Shown: positions 30,757 through 41,219, counted from the stretch's first letter. The stretch is 64,000 nucleotides of DNA from Longicatena sp. (GCA_036639635.1 JAVWIF010000004.1:8646-72645); one strand, 5' to 3'. Numbers and translations are program-made. The notes: generated by a model not told the origin, from the letters alone.

Positions 30757-31528
30757 AATGCAACACTGCAATGTCTTTTAATAACGCAAAGAATTCTCTA
30801 AAATAAAATACCGGTGCTAAGTCTAAATCGCTTCGAGAAGGATAAGACATACATGAGAGTCCTTGTTGTGAACCGATATAATTTGCACGTGCCATATGGA
30901 AGTTATTGGTAATTAATGTAATCGTTGATGTATTATTTGGAATGAACTTCATAGAATTTGCAAAGTTTTCTTGGGTATTACGTGAGGTATCTTCTTGTAA
31001 TATCCTTTCTTTATCAATGCCATGAGCAACTAAAAATTCTGTCATGGCGTGCGCTTCACTTGTTAGTTCACCAGCACCTTGCCCCCCACTGACTATGAGA
31101 TATGCTTGTGGATATGTTTGTGCGAATGTTACAGCACTTTCTAGACGATAGCGTAAAGATTTCGTAATTGTTTTACCTTTTAGTTGAGCGCCTAAAACGA
31201 TAGCATAATCTCCTTGTTTATTAGATGTAATTGATCCTTGATAGATAATATATCCTTGGACAACAAAAAAGAAGAGTAGTGCTATTCCAATGCAGATAGA
31301 TAAACTAGTACGTAGTGTTTTTGAAAACTTATGAAATATGTTTTGTTTTGTAATTACTTCATAAGCTCCATAAGCACTAAGTACAATTCCCATACATAAA
31401 AAGCTCCAAGAGAAAGAGATAGCAAACAGACCATATTTGATACTTAGAAATAGATAATAGAAAAGAAATAAACAACCAATTGTTAATAAGATATAACGCC
31501 ATATGATATTCATTCTTTCTTTGTTCAT
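30755..31528 (-). CDS. YdcF/DUF218-family membrane-anchored protein (SanA/ElyC-like)
   Basis: Four N-terminal TM segments followed by the DUF218 core (IVLGAQ..,IVSGGQGAGELTSEAHAM). ATG 31528 overlaps the helicase stop in ATGA. Confidence 0.75.
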   Translation of the reverse strand: MNKERMNIIWRYILLTIGCLFLFYYLFLSIKYGLFAISFSWSFLCMGIVLSAYGAYEVITKQNIFHKFSKTLRTSLSICIGIALLFFFVVQGYIIYQGSITSNKQGDYAIVLGAQLKGKTITKSLRYRLESAVTFAQTYPQAYLIVSGGQGAGELTSEAHAMTEFLVAHGIDKERILQEDTSRNTQENFANSMKFIPNNTSTITLITNNFHMARANYIGSQQGLSCMSYPSRSDLDLAPVFYFREFFALLKDIAVLH

Positions 31529-33867
31529 ATTGTATTTTCTTTCCAAAAGCAACGTAATGTACTTTGTAGTGTTTGCTCATCTTGTATCACTTCATAATGT
31601 CTTAAATGTAGGGGTAGCAAGTCCATGTAAGCTCTTGTAGTATAGCGCTCATCTATAAATACAAGAATTCCTAAATCCCTATGAGAACGTATGACACGCC
31701 CTGCTCCTTGTAATACTTTATTCATACCAGGAAAACGATAAGCATAAGCAAAACCATTTTGGTTTTCTTGATCAAAGTGGTCTTTAATTAAATCTTGTTG
31801 GGGGTTTATTTGAGGAAGTCCTACACCTATTAGAAAAGCACCGATTAATTTATCACCTTTTAAATCAATTCCTTCTCCAAACATACCTCCTAAAACAGCA
31901 AAGTATAAATGCAATTCATTTGTTGTTTCAAAGTTTGTTAAAAAAGCTTGTTTCTCTAGTGCATCCATATCAGGACGTTGAATGCTCACTTTAGTAGTTT
32001 GATAAGCTTGTGCATAAGCATTACTAATCTGTTGCATATAAGCATAACTTGGACAAAATACAAGATAATTTCCTAACTTTTCGCTACTTGCAATATGAAT
32101 ACTACGAACAATAGGCGCAATAGAGGCAGCTCTATTAATATAACGTGTACTGATGTTATTTTGAATAATGATTTTAACATGTTCTTTAGGAAAAGGAGAA
32201 GGTAGGGATAAACGTTTTGAATCGCATGTTCCTCCTAATAAATCTAAGAAGTATGAGATTGGAGAGAGGGTTGCTGAAAAGAAAACTGTAGCAGTTCCTT
32301 TCTTTAAAATATCACGTATGGGATGGGCAGGATTCATACAATATTGTTTGACGCTAATATCTTTATCTTCTAAGGATAAGGTTGTCACAAAGTTTTCATC
32401 ATAATAATCCATAATCTTTGTATAGTTCACCGCTTGAAAATAGACCTCACGTATTTCATCATCATAGCGTTCATCATGTTCACTTTGTAAATATGCATCC
32501 ATGTGTTCAATAAAACTAGATAGTTTTGGTTTTATTGAGAGCATGGCTTCACTTTGACTATAAAAGGTTGTGTTTTGTTCCATACATAATTTTTTATATG
32601 CTAAAAATTGAGTATTGAGTGTACGAATTGATTTTAATAAGAGGGTCGAATCTTTAGGAAGATATTGCTTTAGTTTCATAAATGTGGCTTTTGATAGACT
32701 AGCGCTATAATTGTCACGTCCTCTATCTACTAGATTATGAGCTTCATCAACTAAGAATACATAGTCTCCTTGTTCACTAAAGAAACGCTTTAAATAAACC
32801 TTTGGATCAAACACATAATTATAATCACATATGATAATGTCAGCGAACAAACTTGCATCTAAGCTAAGTTCAAAAGGACAAACTTGATACTTTTTCGCAA
32901 TTTCTTCCATTTGTTCTTGCCTCATAAAATCAGTTGTGGAAAGAAGTTCATATAAAGCATCACGAGAGCGATCATAGTATCCTTTCGCATAGGGACATTT
33001 CTTTGGATCACAATTTCTTTTTTCTAAAAAACAGATTTTATCTTTCGCTATAATGCCAACAGATTTAAAATGAACATCTTGTTCATATAATGTTTGTAAA
33101 GTATCATACGCAACACTTGCTGTGATATTTTTGGCACATAGATAAAATATCTTTTCTGCTTTTCCTTCTCCAATCGCTTTTAGTGCAGGAAAAATTGTAG
33201 AAATAGTTTTACCAATCCCAGTCGGTGCTTGTACAAATACGATATCTTTATCTAGAATTGTTTTATATACAGCAATGGCAAGAGTGCGCTGTCCTTCTCG
33301 ATACTCACGAAAGGGAAATACTAGTTCTTTAAGAGAAGAGGATGTTGTTTGTTTGATATTAATACTTAGTTTTGCCCAACGAACATAGAGTAATAAGGTA
33401 TCATAAAAAAACATTTCTAATTCTTCACGTGTTTTATGTTGGATAAATACTTTTGTTTTGTGTTGTTCTATTTGATAGTATGTAAGTTGAATATTTACTT
33501 CTTTCATATTACGCTCAACCATCAACATATAGCCATAACAATAGGCTTGTGCAAAGTGAACGTAATGATTATCTTGTATATCTTCATAAGGAATGGCAGT
33601 GGTTTTTATTTCATCAATCGTATAGATATCGTTTTCCTTAAGTAGACCATCACAGCGTCCTTCAATATGAAAGTTAATATCATCAAAGACTTCATCAATT
33701 TTTAAAAACACTTCGCTTTCATAATCACCTTGTGCTGTTGCTTGTAATTCACGATGAATAAGACTTCCTAAATTTGCTCGTTCATAAGAAGTAGAGGAAG
33801 CGATTAAGTCACCACTTTGGTAGACACTTTCAACAAGGGCGCGTACTGATAACTTACAAGTGTACAT
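31525..33867 (-). CDS. Fusion of a RecB-family PD-(D/E)XK nuclease domain and an XPD/DinG-type Fe-S superfamily-2 DNA helicase
   Basis: Nuclease motifs: GSLIHRELQ, GRCDGL, IDEIKT, QAYCYGY. Helicase motifs: QAPTGIGKT (Walker A), VDEAHNL (DEAH), a 4-Cys cluster (CFLEKRNCDPKKCPY...VCPFE), GEGIDL, QGAGRVIRS. Start ATG 33867 with GGAGG upstream. Confidence 0.8.
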   Translation of the reverse strand: MYTCKLSVRALVESVYQSGDLIASSTSYERANLGSLIHRELQATAQGDYESEVFLKIDEVFDDINFHIEGRCDGLLKENDIYTIDEIKTTAIPYEDIQDNHYVHFAQAYCYGYMLMVERNMKEVNIQLTYYQIEQHKTKVFIQHKTREELEMFFYDTLLLYVRWAKLSINIKQTTSSSLKELVFPFREYREGQRTLAIAVYKTILDKDIVFVQAPTGIGKTISTIFPALKAIGEGKAEKIFYLCAKNITASVAYDTLQTLYEQDVHFKSVGIIAKDKICFLEKRNCDPKKCPYAKGYYDRSRDALYELLSTTDFMRQEQMEEIAKKYQVCPFELSLDASLFADIIICDYNYVFDPKVYLKRFFSEQGDYVFLVDEAHNLVDRGRDNYSASLSKATFMKLKQYLPKDSTLLLKSIRTLNTQFLAYKKLCMEQNTTFYSQSEAMLSIKPKLSSFIEHMDAYLQSEHDERYDDEIREVYFQAVNYTKIMDYYDENFVTTLSLEDKDISVKQYCMNPAHPIRDILKKGTATVFFSATLSPISYFLDLLGGTCDSKRLSLPSPFPKEHVKIIIQNNISTRYINRAASIAPIVRSIHIASSEKLGNYLVFCPSYAYMQQISNAYAQAYQTTKVSIQRPDMDALEKQAFLTNFETTNELHLYFAVLGGMFGEGIDLKGDKLIGAFLIGVGLPQINPQQDLIKDHFDQENQNGFAYAYRFPGMNKVLQGAGRVIRSHRDLGILVFIDERYTTRAYMDLLPLHLRHYEVIQDEQTLQSTLRCFWKENTI

Positions 33868-33982
33868 TAAGCTACCTCCATTTCTTTTCATTATTATCAT
33901 TATTTTATGCGAAAAAAATTGATATTACAATACACTTATTGAAATAGTAAGGTATAATTAAGAAGTGAAATGAGGGATATGC

Positions 33983-34924
33983 TTGAGAGAATTTATAATA
34001 CAAGAAAATGATGCCAATCAACGTGTGGATAAGTTTATAACAAAAACAATGAAAACAATGCCGAAGAACTTAATGTATAAATATATTAGAAATAAAAAGA
34101 TTAAAGTGAATCGTTCACGTTGTGAGATATCGCAACGTTTAGTAGTGGGAGATAGTGTGCAATGTTATATTGCTGAAGAGTTTTTTGAACAAGAAATAAA
34201 GCAAAATTTTTTAGAACTGCCATCTTCTTTGGATATTTTATTTGAAGATGAAAACTTGTTAATTGTCAATAAACCAAGTGGTTTATTAGCGCATAGCGAT
34301 GTTCGTGAAGTACAAGATAATTTAGCGGATAGAGTACTTCATTATTTATATCTGAAGAAAGAATATGATTGTGCTAGTCAACTTAGCTTTTGTCCTGCTT
34401 TATGTCATCGTATAGATCGTAATACCCAAGGAATTGTGATAGCGGCAAAAAATGCGGAAGCTCTTCGTGAAATGAACGAAAAGATTCGCTTACGTGAAGT
34501 TAAAAAGAAGTATCTTTGTATAGTAGAAGGAAAACTTCCTAAAAAAAGCGAACTATTGACGCTTTATCATATGAAATTAGCTGGTAATAAAGCAGATATT
34601 AGAAAAGAGCCCAAAGATGGCTATCAAGAAATTAAAACGGCATATAAAGTATTAGAAGAAAGAAGCCATCATTCTTTATTAGAAATTGATTTATTAACAG
34701 GGAAGAGTCATCAAATACGTGCAGTTATGGCTTACTTAAAACATCCTTTAGTGGGAGATGTAAAGTATGGCGCAAGAAAAGATGCACAAACAACATATCA
34801 AGCGTTATGTGCTTATAAGGTAAGCTTTCATTTTCGTGATGTTCAAGGATTACTAGGTTATTTAAATGGTCGTACGATAGAACTAGAAAACGTTGATGTT
34901 GTAAAACGTTTCCATAGTTTATAG
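33983..34924 (+). CDS. RluA-family pseudouridine synthase with N-terminal S4 domain (RluC/D-like)
   Basis: HRIDRNTQGIVIAAK catalytic motif and GKSHQIRAV motif. TTG start with GAGGGA 6 nt upstream. Confidence 0.85.
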   Translation: MREFIIQENDANQRVDKFITKTMKTMPKNLMYKYIRNKKIKVNRSRCEISQRLVVGDSVQCYIAEEFFEQEIKQNFLELPSSLDILFEDENLLIVNKPSGLLAHSDVREVQDNLADRVLHYLYLKKEYDCASQLSFCPALCHRIDRNTQGIVIAAKNAEALREMNEKIRLREVKKKYLCIVEGKLPKKSELLTLYHMKLAGNKADIRKEPKDGYQEIKTAYKVLEERSHHSLLEIDLLTGKSHQIRAVMAYLKHPLVGDVKYGARKDAQTTYQALCAYKVSFHFRDVQGLLGYLNGRTIELENVDVVKRFHSL

Positions 34925-34939
34925 AAAGGAAGGGGCTAT

Positions 34940-35683
34940 ATGATTATCGTATGGATTCTTGTTGTAGTATTATTGATTATGTCAATTATTTTATGTATGG
35001 GGAAAGGAGGTTTTTTGATAGCTGGGTATAATACAGCAAGCAAAGAAGAAAAGGCTAAATATGACGAAAAGAAGTTGAGTCGTGTTTTTGGTGTTGGCAT
35101 GTTACTGGTAACTCTATTATTAATCGTTATGGCATGTTTTCCAATGATGGATTATGTAGGGTTCGTTATCGGAGCTGTTTTATTAATTGCTATTGGTATG
35201 GTCATCATTGGAAATACGATGTGCAAAAATAAGGATTATGTGGCAGGAACAACAACTATTACAAAGAAAAAGATGGATAATAAAACAAAAATAATAGTTG
35301 GTGTGAGTACGCTAGTTTTATGCGCTGGAATGATTTGGATGTTGTTTTTTGTTGGGACGATACAAGTAGTCGTAAACAAAGATAGTGCTACGATTGAAAT
35401 ATCCGTATGGGAAGATGAAACGTTTGCGTATCAAGATATTGAAACGTTGACATATACAGATTCTTTCGATGTTGGAAAGAGAGCAGGCGGATTTGGATCA
35501 TTTCATGTGTTAGCAGGTGATTTCAAAAATGATGCATTTGGAAAATATAAACTGTATGCATATAAGAATTGCCATGAATATGTGGTGATTTCAACAAAAC
35601 AAGGTAAGATTGTATGTAATAAGGAAACACCAGAACTTACGAAAGAAATATATCAAAAGCTAAAAGAGGCAATCAAAAGGTGA
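34940..35683 (+). CDS. DUF3784-type membrane protein with C-terminal PH-like domain
   Basis: GKGGFLIAGYNTASKEEKAKYDEKKL is the characteristic DUF3784 motif as I remember it. Four TM segments. Confidence 0.6.
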   Translation: MIIVWILVVVLLIMSIILCMGKGGFLIAGYNTASKEEKAKYDEKKLSRVFGVGMLLVTLLLIVMACFPMMDYVGFVIGAVLLIAIGMVIIGNTMCKNKDYVAGTTTITKKKMDNKTKIIVGVSTLVLCAGMIWMLFFVGTIQVVVNKDSATIEISVWEDETFAYQDIETLTYTDSFDVGKRAGGFGSFHVLAGDFKNDAFGKYKLYAYKNCHEYVVISTKQGKIVCNKETPELTKEIYQKLKEAIKR

Positions 35684-35802
35684 ACTTGATTCATCTTTTT
35701 TTTGCGAATCGAAGGTACTTTATGTTGACAATAAGCGAAAATATGATAGTATATAAATGTAAAAATTAGCTTAGGGTAACATTTGAAAGGTTGGTGGCGA
35801 AT

Positions 35803-36048
35803 ATGACAACGTTAGATAAGATAAAACCAGGATTTGGTGGAATCATTGAATCTGTTGGTGGTGAAGGTGCATTACGTAGACGTTTATTAGATATGGGAAT
35901 TACGCCAAAGACTAAAATACAGGTAAATAAAATAGCTCCTATGGGAGATCCTATGGAATTAAATTTAAGAGGATATGCACTTACTTTACGTTTAGAAGAT
36001 GCTTCCAAAATTAAGGTTAATGTGAATGTAGGTGAGTGTGATGAGTGA
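35803..36048 (+). CDS. feoA: Ferrous iron transport protein A
   Basis: Small SH3-like protein (..RRRLLDMGITPKT.I.V..IAPMGDP.E..), immediately upstream of and overlapping feoB. Confidence 0.85.
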   Translation: MTTLDKIKPGFGGIIESVGGEGALRRRLLDMGITPKTKIQVNKIAPMGDPMELNLRGYALTLRLEDASKIKVNVNVGECDE

Positions 36049-38056
36049 GGTTGTCATTGCTTTAGCAGGTAATCAAAATAGTGGTAAAACAACGCTATTT
36101 AATCGTTTAACTGGAAGTAATCAACATGTTGGAAACTTTCCTGGTGTAACAGTTGAAAAAAAGATGGGAGCAATTAAGAACTATAAAGGTGCTAGTCTTG
36201 TCGATTTACCAGGGATCTATTCATTATCTCCTTATACGAGTGAAGAAGTGGTAACACGTGATTTTATTCTAAAAGATCATCCAGCATTATTAATTAATAT
36301 TGTAGATGCTACCAACATAGAACGTAATTTATATTTATCGTTACAGTTAATGGAACTAAATACACCGATGGTGATTGCATTAAATATGATGGATGAAGTG
36401 GTTGCGAGTGGGAATAGTATAGATGTTGAAAAACTTTCTAAACATTTACAAATACCAGTAGTACCAATATCAGCTAGTAAAAATGAAGGTATAGACGATT
36501 TAATTGCAGTAGTAAAAAAACAAATAAAAGACGGTAAACAAGTCGCAAATTTAGACTTTTGTAAAGGCGATGTTCACCGTGCTATTCACTCTATTGCACA
36601 TATTGTGGAAGATCATGCACAAATTGCTCAGTATCCTATTCGTTTTGCGGCAACAAAACTTGTTGAAGGTGATGAGCCAATGCAAAAAGCATTAACTCTA
36701 CATCAAGACGACATAGATATTATTGAAAAAATAGTAAAAAGTATGGAAACTTCTCTTGGAACTGATCGTGAAGCAGCATTAGCAGATATGCGCTATTCCT
36801 ATATTGAAGAATTAGTGGAAGATTGTGTAGTGAAGTTAAATGAAACGAATGGGCAAATACGCAGTGAAAAGATTGATTATTTTTTAACCCACAAATACTT
36901 TGGAATCCCAATTTTTATTATGATTATGTTAGCTATCTTTTATCTAACATTTGGTCCTATTGGTGGTACGCTTCAAAGCTTGATGGAACAAGGAATTGCT
37001 ATGGCCACTGATGCGTTAAGTAATTTATTAATAAATGCGCACATTAGTGAGTGGTTACGTGCTTTAATTATTGATGGTATTTGTAATGGAGTAGGTAGTG
37101 TTTTATCATTCCTACCAGTTATTGTCACTTTATTCTTCTTCTTATCTTTGTTAGAAGATAGTGGTTATATGGCGCGAGTTGCCTTTGTTATGGATAAATT
37201 ATTACGTAAAATAGGATTATCAGGAAGAAGCTTTGTACCTATGCTTATCGGATTTGGCTGTAGTGTACCGGCAATTATGTCTACACGAACACTGAGTAGT
37301 GATCGTGATCGTAAGATGACTATTATTGTAACGCCGTTTATGTCATGTAGTGCAAAACTACCTATTTATGGAATGATTACTGCCGCCTTCTTTCCTAACC
37401 ATACAGCACTTGTTTTAATTAGTGTATATCTAGTTGGAATTGTTGTCGCAATCCTGTCTGCACTTTTATTAAAGAGTACAATTTTTAAAGGAGACTCAGT
37501 GCCTTTTGTTTTAGAGTTACCAACGTATCGTATACCTAGTGGTAAAAGTGTTGTTTTACATATGTGGGAAAAGGCGAAAGATTTCTTGCGTAAAGCCTTT
37601 ACGATTATTTTCGTAGCTTCTATTATTATTTGGTTTTTACAAAGCTTTAATTTCTCTTTTGATATGGTGAGTGATTCAAGTCAATCAATGCTTGCTAGTA
37701 TGGGTTCTTGGTTCTCACATATCTTTAAACCATTAGGATTTGAAGACTGGCGTGCATCAACTGCTTTAATTACGGGAATTACTGCTAAAGAAAGCGTTGT
37801 ATCAACGTTGAGTGTATTAACGAATGCATCAAGCGATGCAGGACTAAGCGCTATTCTACAAACAATATTTACACCAGTAGCATCTTATGCATATCTGTGT
37901 TTTACAGTATTGTACATGCCTTGTGTTGCAGCATTTGCAGCAACACGTAGAGAATTAGGCTCCTTTAAACAAGCGCTCTTGACGGTTGTTTATCAAACAG
38001 GGGTAGCTTATGTGGTAGCTTTCTTAGTATATCAAATTGGAAGTATGTTCTTTTAG
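36041..38056 (+). CDS. feoB: Ferrous iron transporter FeoB
   Basis: G-domain GNQNSGKTT and DLPG; two Gate/nucleoside-recognition membrane domains. About 670 aa. Confidence 0.95.
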   Translation: MSEVVIALAGNQNSGKTTLFNRLTGSNQHVGNFPGVTVEKKMGAIKNYKGASLVDLPGIYSLSPYTSEEVVTRDFILKDHPALLINIVDATNIERNLYLSLQLMELNTPMVIALNMMDEVVASGNSIDVEKLSKHLQIPVVPISASKNEGIDDLIAVVKKQIKDGKQVANLDFCKGDVHRAIHSIAHIVEDHAQIAQYPIRFAATKLVEGDEPMQKALTLHQDDIDIIEKIVKSMETSLGTDREAALADMRYSYIEELVEDCVVKLNETNGQIRSEKIDYFLTHKYFGIPIFIMIMLAIFYLTFGPIGGTLQSLMEQGIAMATDALSNLLINAHISEWLRALIIDGICNGVGSVLSFLPVIVTLFFFLSLLEDSGYMARVAFVMDKLLRKIGLSGRSFVPMLIGFGCSVPAIMSTRTLSSDRDRKMTIIVTPFMSCSAKLPIYGMITAAFFPNHTALVLISVYLVGIVVAILSALLLKSTIFKGDSVPFVLELPTYRIPSGKSVVLHMWEKAKDFLRKAFTIIFVASIIIWFLQSFNFSFDMVSDSSQSMLASMGSWFSHIFKPLGFEDWRASTALITGITAKESVVSTLSVLTNASSDAGLSAILQTIFTPVASYAYLCFTVLYMPCVAAFAATRRELGSFKQALLTVVYQTGVAYVVAFLVYQIGSMFF

Positions 38057-38108
38057 GAACAGTTAAATAAAGTATTCATAAAGTAATAGAAAGGGCGTGT
38101 GAAGAATT

Positions 38109-38303
38109 ATGAATATTGCCGATATTGTAGTAATAGGAATATTAATTCTTATTCTTGGACTCATCTTTTATGTTACGAGAGGTTCAAAAAACAAATCATC
38201 ACACTGTGGAGGGTGCCATAGTGATTGTTCAAGTTGTTCTTCATTTTCTAGCTTTTATGAAGATTATAAAAAGGAACAACATCTAAAGAATGAAAAAGAG
38301 TGA
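38109..38303 (+). CDS. FeoB-associated Cys-rich membrane protein
   Basis: One TM segment followed by CGGCHSDCSSCSS; position directly after feoB. Confidence 0.75.
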   Translation: MNIADIVVIGILILILGLIFYVTRGSKNKSSHCGGCHSDCSSCSSFSSFYEDYKKEQHLKNEKE

Positions 38304-38321
38304 AGTACATTCACTTTTTTT
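38296..38321 (+). terminator. feo operon terminator
   Basis: AGTGAA-gtaca-TTCACT followed by T7. Confidence 0.65.
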
Positions 38322-38421
38322 ATATCATTTGGAAACAATATGCAAAAAAAAAAGACAAAGGAAAACGATTTTGCTATACTATAATTAAGTTATACGAAAA
38401 TTGGAAAGAAGAGTGAAAGAC

Positions 38422-38931
38422 ATGATTATGAAATATCGTGATAAAGAACCAAAGATTGATGAAAGTTGTTTTGTTGCACATAATGCGACAATCATAGGAG
38501 ATGTAACCTTACAAAAAGATGCTTCTGTATTCTTTGGAACAATAGTTCGTGGAGATAAAAACAATATTAGTATTGGTGAAGGCAGTAATATTCAAGATAA
38601 TTGTACACTTCACACAGATCCATTTCATACGATCGTTATTGGTAAAAATGTAACCATTGCTCACAATGTGGCGTTACATGGAGCATTCATCGATGATGAA
38701 GTACTAATTGGTATGGGAGCAATTGTTTTAAATGGTGCCCATATTGGAAAGCATAGTATTATAGGCGCAGGAGCTTTGATAAGTGAAAATCAAGAAGTGC
38801 CAGAAAACAGTTTAGTTGTTGGAGTGCCAGGGAGAATTATAAAAACGACAACGCAAGAACAACGTAATGAAATATTAGAAAATGCAGTCCATTACGCTGC
38901 TTTAGCAAAAGAATATAAAGAAATGAAGTAG
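38422..38931 (+). CDS. Gamma-carbonic-anhydrase-family / hexapeptide-repeat protein (YrdA/PaaY-like)
   Basis: Left-handed beta-helix hexapeptide repeats. HTD..IG..V.I.H..ALHG pattern of His residues, about 170 aa. Confidence 0.8.
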   Translation: MIMKYRDKEPKIDESCFVAHNATIIGDVTLQKDASVFFGTIVRGDKNNISIGEGSNIQDNCTLHTDPFHTIVIGKNVTIAHNVALHGAFIDDEVLIGMGAIVLNGAHIGKHSIIGAGALISENQEVPENSLVVGVPGRIIKTTTQEQRNEILENAVHYAALAKEYKEMK

Positions 38932-39013
38932 CGCTTACTACTTTTTTTCATATTAATTTGGAATATTTGACAAAGCATGATAGAATTTAAAAGATTTGAA
39001 AGGACGTGAGGGT

Positions 39014-39931
39014 ATGGAATTAAAGGTTCAAAATTTAAAGAAAAGTTTTGAAAACAATGAAGTGTTACATGGTGTTTCTTTTTCTATTACGAGTGGAAAA
39101 GCACTAGGGTTACTTGGTCGTAATGGGGCAGGGAAAACAACAACGATTCGTATATTGATGGATGTATTTAAAGCGAATAGTGGAACAATTACAATAGATG
39201 GAAAACCATTTATTCCAAGTGATTATAGAATTGGGTATTTACCAGAAGAGCGTGGTCTTTATCCAAAGAAAAGAGTAGACGAACAATTAATTTATTTAGC
39301 AATATTAAGAGGTTCAAGTAAAACAGAAGCCAAAGCGAGCGTAAAAAAATGGTTAACACGCTTAGGCATATCTGAATATGAAAAAAGAAAATTAGAAACA
39401 CTATCAAAAGGAAATCAACAAAAAGTACAATTAGCACAAACCATACTTGGGAATCCAGATATTATTATATTAGATGAACCCTTTTCTGGTTTAGACCCAG
39501 TAAATTCACAAGTTTTACAAGAAGTAGTTATGGAACTTATTAAAGAAGGTAAATTGGTTATTTTCTCTAGTCATCAAATGAATTATGTTGAAGAGTTCTG
39601 TGAAGATATTATTATTCTACATCATGGAGATGTTGTTCTATCTGGTGATTTAAAAACGATAAAACAAGAATTTGGTAGGAATCGTTTGGTGTTAAGTGCA
39701 TTAAATTATAATCAAGCACAATTAGAAAAGTTATGTAAAGAATCTTTTAGTGGATTGGTGCGTGTGGTTGATAAGATAAGTGAAGGTTTGTTATTAGAAT
39801 TAATGGAAACAAGTGATAAAAAGATGTTTACAAATGCACTGATGAAAAGTGATATTGATATTGACAAATTCATGGTATACGAACCTAGTTTAACTGATAT
39901 CTTTGTAGCGAAAGCAGGTGATGAGTCATGA
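39014..39931 (+). CDS. ABC-2-type exporter ATP-binding protein (NatA/YhaQ-like)
   Basis: GRNGAGKTT, LSKGNQQKVQLA and IIILDEPFSGLD motifs, plus a C-terminal accessory domain. Confidence 0.85.
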   Translation: MELKVQNLKKSFENNEVLHGVSFSITSGKALGLLGRNGAGKTTTIRILMDVFKANSGTITIDGKPFIPSDYRIGYLPEERGLYPKKRVDEQLIYLAILRGSSKTEAKASVKKWLTRLGISEYEKRKLETLSKGNQQKVQLAQTILGNPDIIILDEPFSGLDPVNSQVLQEVVMELIKEGKLVIFSSHQMNYVEEFCEDIIILHHGDVVLSGDLKTIKQEFGRNRLVLSALNYNQAQLEKLCKESFSGLVRVVDKISEGLLLELMETSDKKMFTNALMKSDIDIDKFMVYEPSLTDIFVAKAGDES

Positions 39932-41157
39932 GACAATTTTTAGAAATATTTAAATACGAATTTAAAACATTTGTAGATAGTAAATGGTATAAAGTATCAA
40001 CGCTTTTAATCTGTGTGTTAGTAGCAGGGGCAATGTTTTTACCACATGTGATTGATATGGGAAATAATGATGATAATAAAGGTAAAAATGTAAGTGAGAC
40101 TTCATCAAAATTTGGAATCTATGATCCTAATCATGTCTTCAAAGATGAAAGCGTTCTAAAAGCAGGATTTCCCAAAGCTACATTTACAAATATGACGAGT
40201 GAAAAAGACTTACAACAAGGTGTACAAGAGAAAACAATTGATGCAGGTTTTGCGATAACATCAACAACCACTTATTCTTATTTGATTATGGATAGTATTA
40301 TGTCTGATACAAATAAAAGCATTTTTAATGCTTTAATGAATGCCCAATATCGTAGTAGTGAATTAGGCGCATTAGGATTGGATGCTAATAAAATAAATAG
40401 TATTATCAATACACCAATTAAAAGTGAAACTAAAATTTTAGGAGTAGATGGTGTTAAAAATTATATGTATACGTATATTTTAGTATTTGGATTATATTTT
40501 ATTATTATATTTTATGGACAAATGACGGCAACAGGTGTTGCTAGTGAAAAGGGAAATCGAGCAATTGAAATACTGATTACGAGTGCGAATCCAAATGCTT
40601 TAATCTTTGGTAAAGTATTGGCTGGTGCAATTGCAGGTATATTACAAGCAGGCGTTTTATTAGGCGTTAGTTATGGCGCATATCAGATAAATGCGGAAGT
40701 TTGGAATCATGCTTTAGATTTTATCTTTAATATTCCAATAAATGTATTGTTAACATTTGGTGTATTTGGAACATTAGGATATTTATTCTATAGCTTTATA
40801 TATGGAGCTTTTGGTGCCATGGTTAGCAAAGTGGAAGAAGTAGGAAGTGCAATTTCACCAATTACGATTATTTTTGTATTGAGTTTCTTTATTACCTTTT
40901 ATACAATGAGTGATCCGCAATCTTTGTTAGGAACGATTGCTTCTTATTTACCATTCTCTTCTTGTATGGCAATGTTTGCACGTGTTGCAATGGGTTCAGT
41001 AGGAATCTTTGAAGTATTGTTATCCGCAGGTATCTTGTTAGTATCAACGATTGTTATGGGTCTCATAGGCGCAAAACTATATCGTCGAGGAACCTTAATG
41101 TATGGAAATACATTTAAGATTTCAAATGTATTAAAAGAATTAAAAAAGAAAAATTAA
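39928..41157 (+). CDS. ABC-2-type exporter permease (NatB/YhaP-like)
   Basis: N-terminal TM, a large extracytoplasmic loop, then 5 C-terminal TMs. ATGA overlap with the ATPase gene. Confidence 0.75.
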   Translation: MRQFLEIFKYEFKTFVDSKWYKVSTLLICVLVAGAMFLPHVIDMGNNDDNKGKNVSETSSKFGIYDPNHVFKDESVLKAGFPKATFTNMTSEKDLQQGVQEKTIDAGFAITSTTTYSYLIMDSIMSDTNKSIFNALMNAQYRSSELGALGLDANKINSIINTPIKSETKILGVDGVKNYMYTYILVFGLYFIIIFYGQMTATGVASEKGNRAIEILITSANPNALIFGKVLAGAIAGILQAGVLLGVSYGAYQINAEVWNHALDFIFNIPINVLLTFGVFGTLGYLFYSFIYGAFGAMVSKVEEVGSAISPITIIFVLSFFITFYTMSDPQSLLGTIASYLPFSSCMAMFARVAMGSVGIFEVLLSAGILLVSTIVMGLIGAKLYRRGTLMYGNTFKISNVLKELKKKN

Positions 41158-41161
41158 TTGT

Positions 41162-41215
41162 ATAGCCCACGCGTTCTGAACACATACTAAGAAATAGTAA
41201 AGGAGCGTGGGCTAT
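41162..41215 (+). promoter_or_regulatory. Perfect 11-bp inverted repeat bracketing the Mn-catalase ribosome-binding site
   Basis: ATAGCCCACGC (41162..41172) and GCGTGGGCTAT (41205..41215) with a 32-nt spacer. SD AAAGGAG abuts the 3' arm; ATG at 41220. Confidence 0.5.
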
Positions 41216-41219
41216 TGTT

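Noticed and set aside
35684-35802. Looked for a Fur box upstream of feoA.
   Set aside because: I could not find a convincing 19-bp GATAATGATAATCATTATC-like palindrome by eye. Only a TTGACA promoter-like hexamer is visible, so no regulatory site was called.
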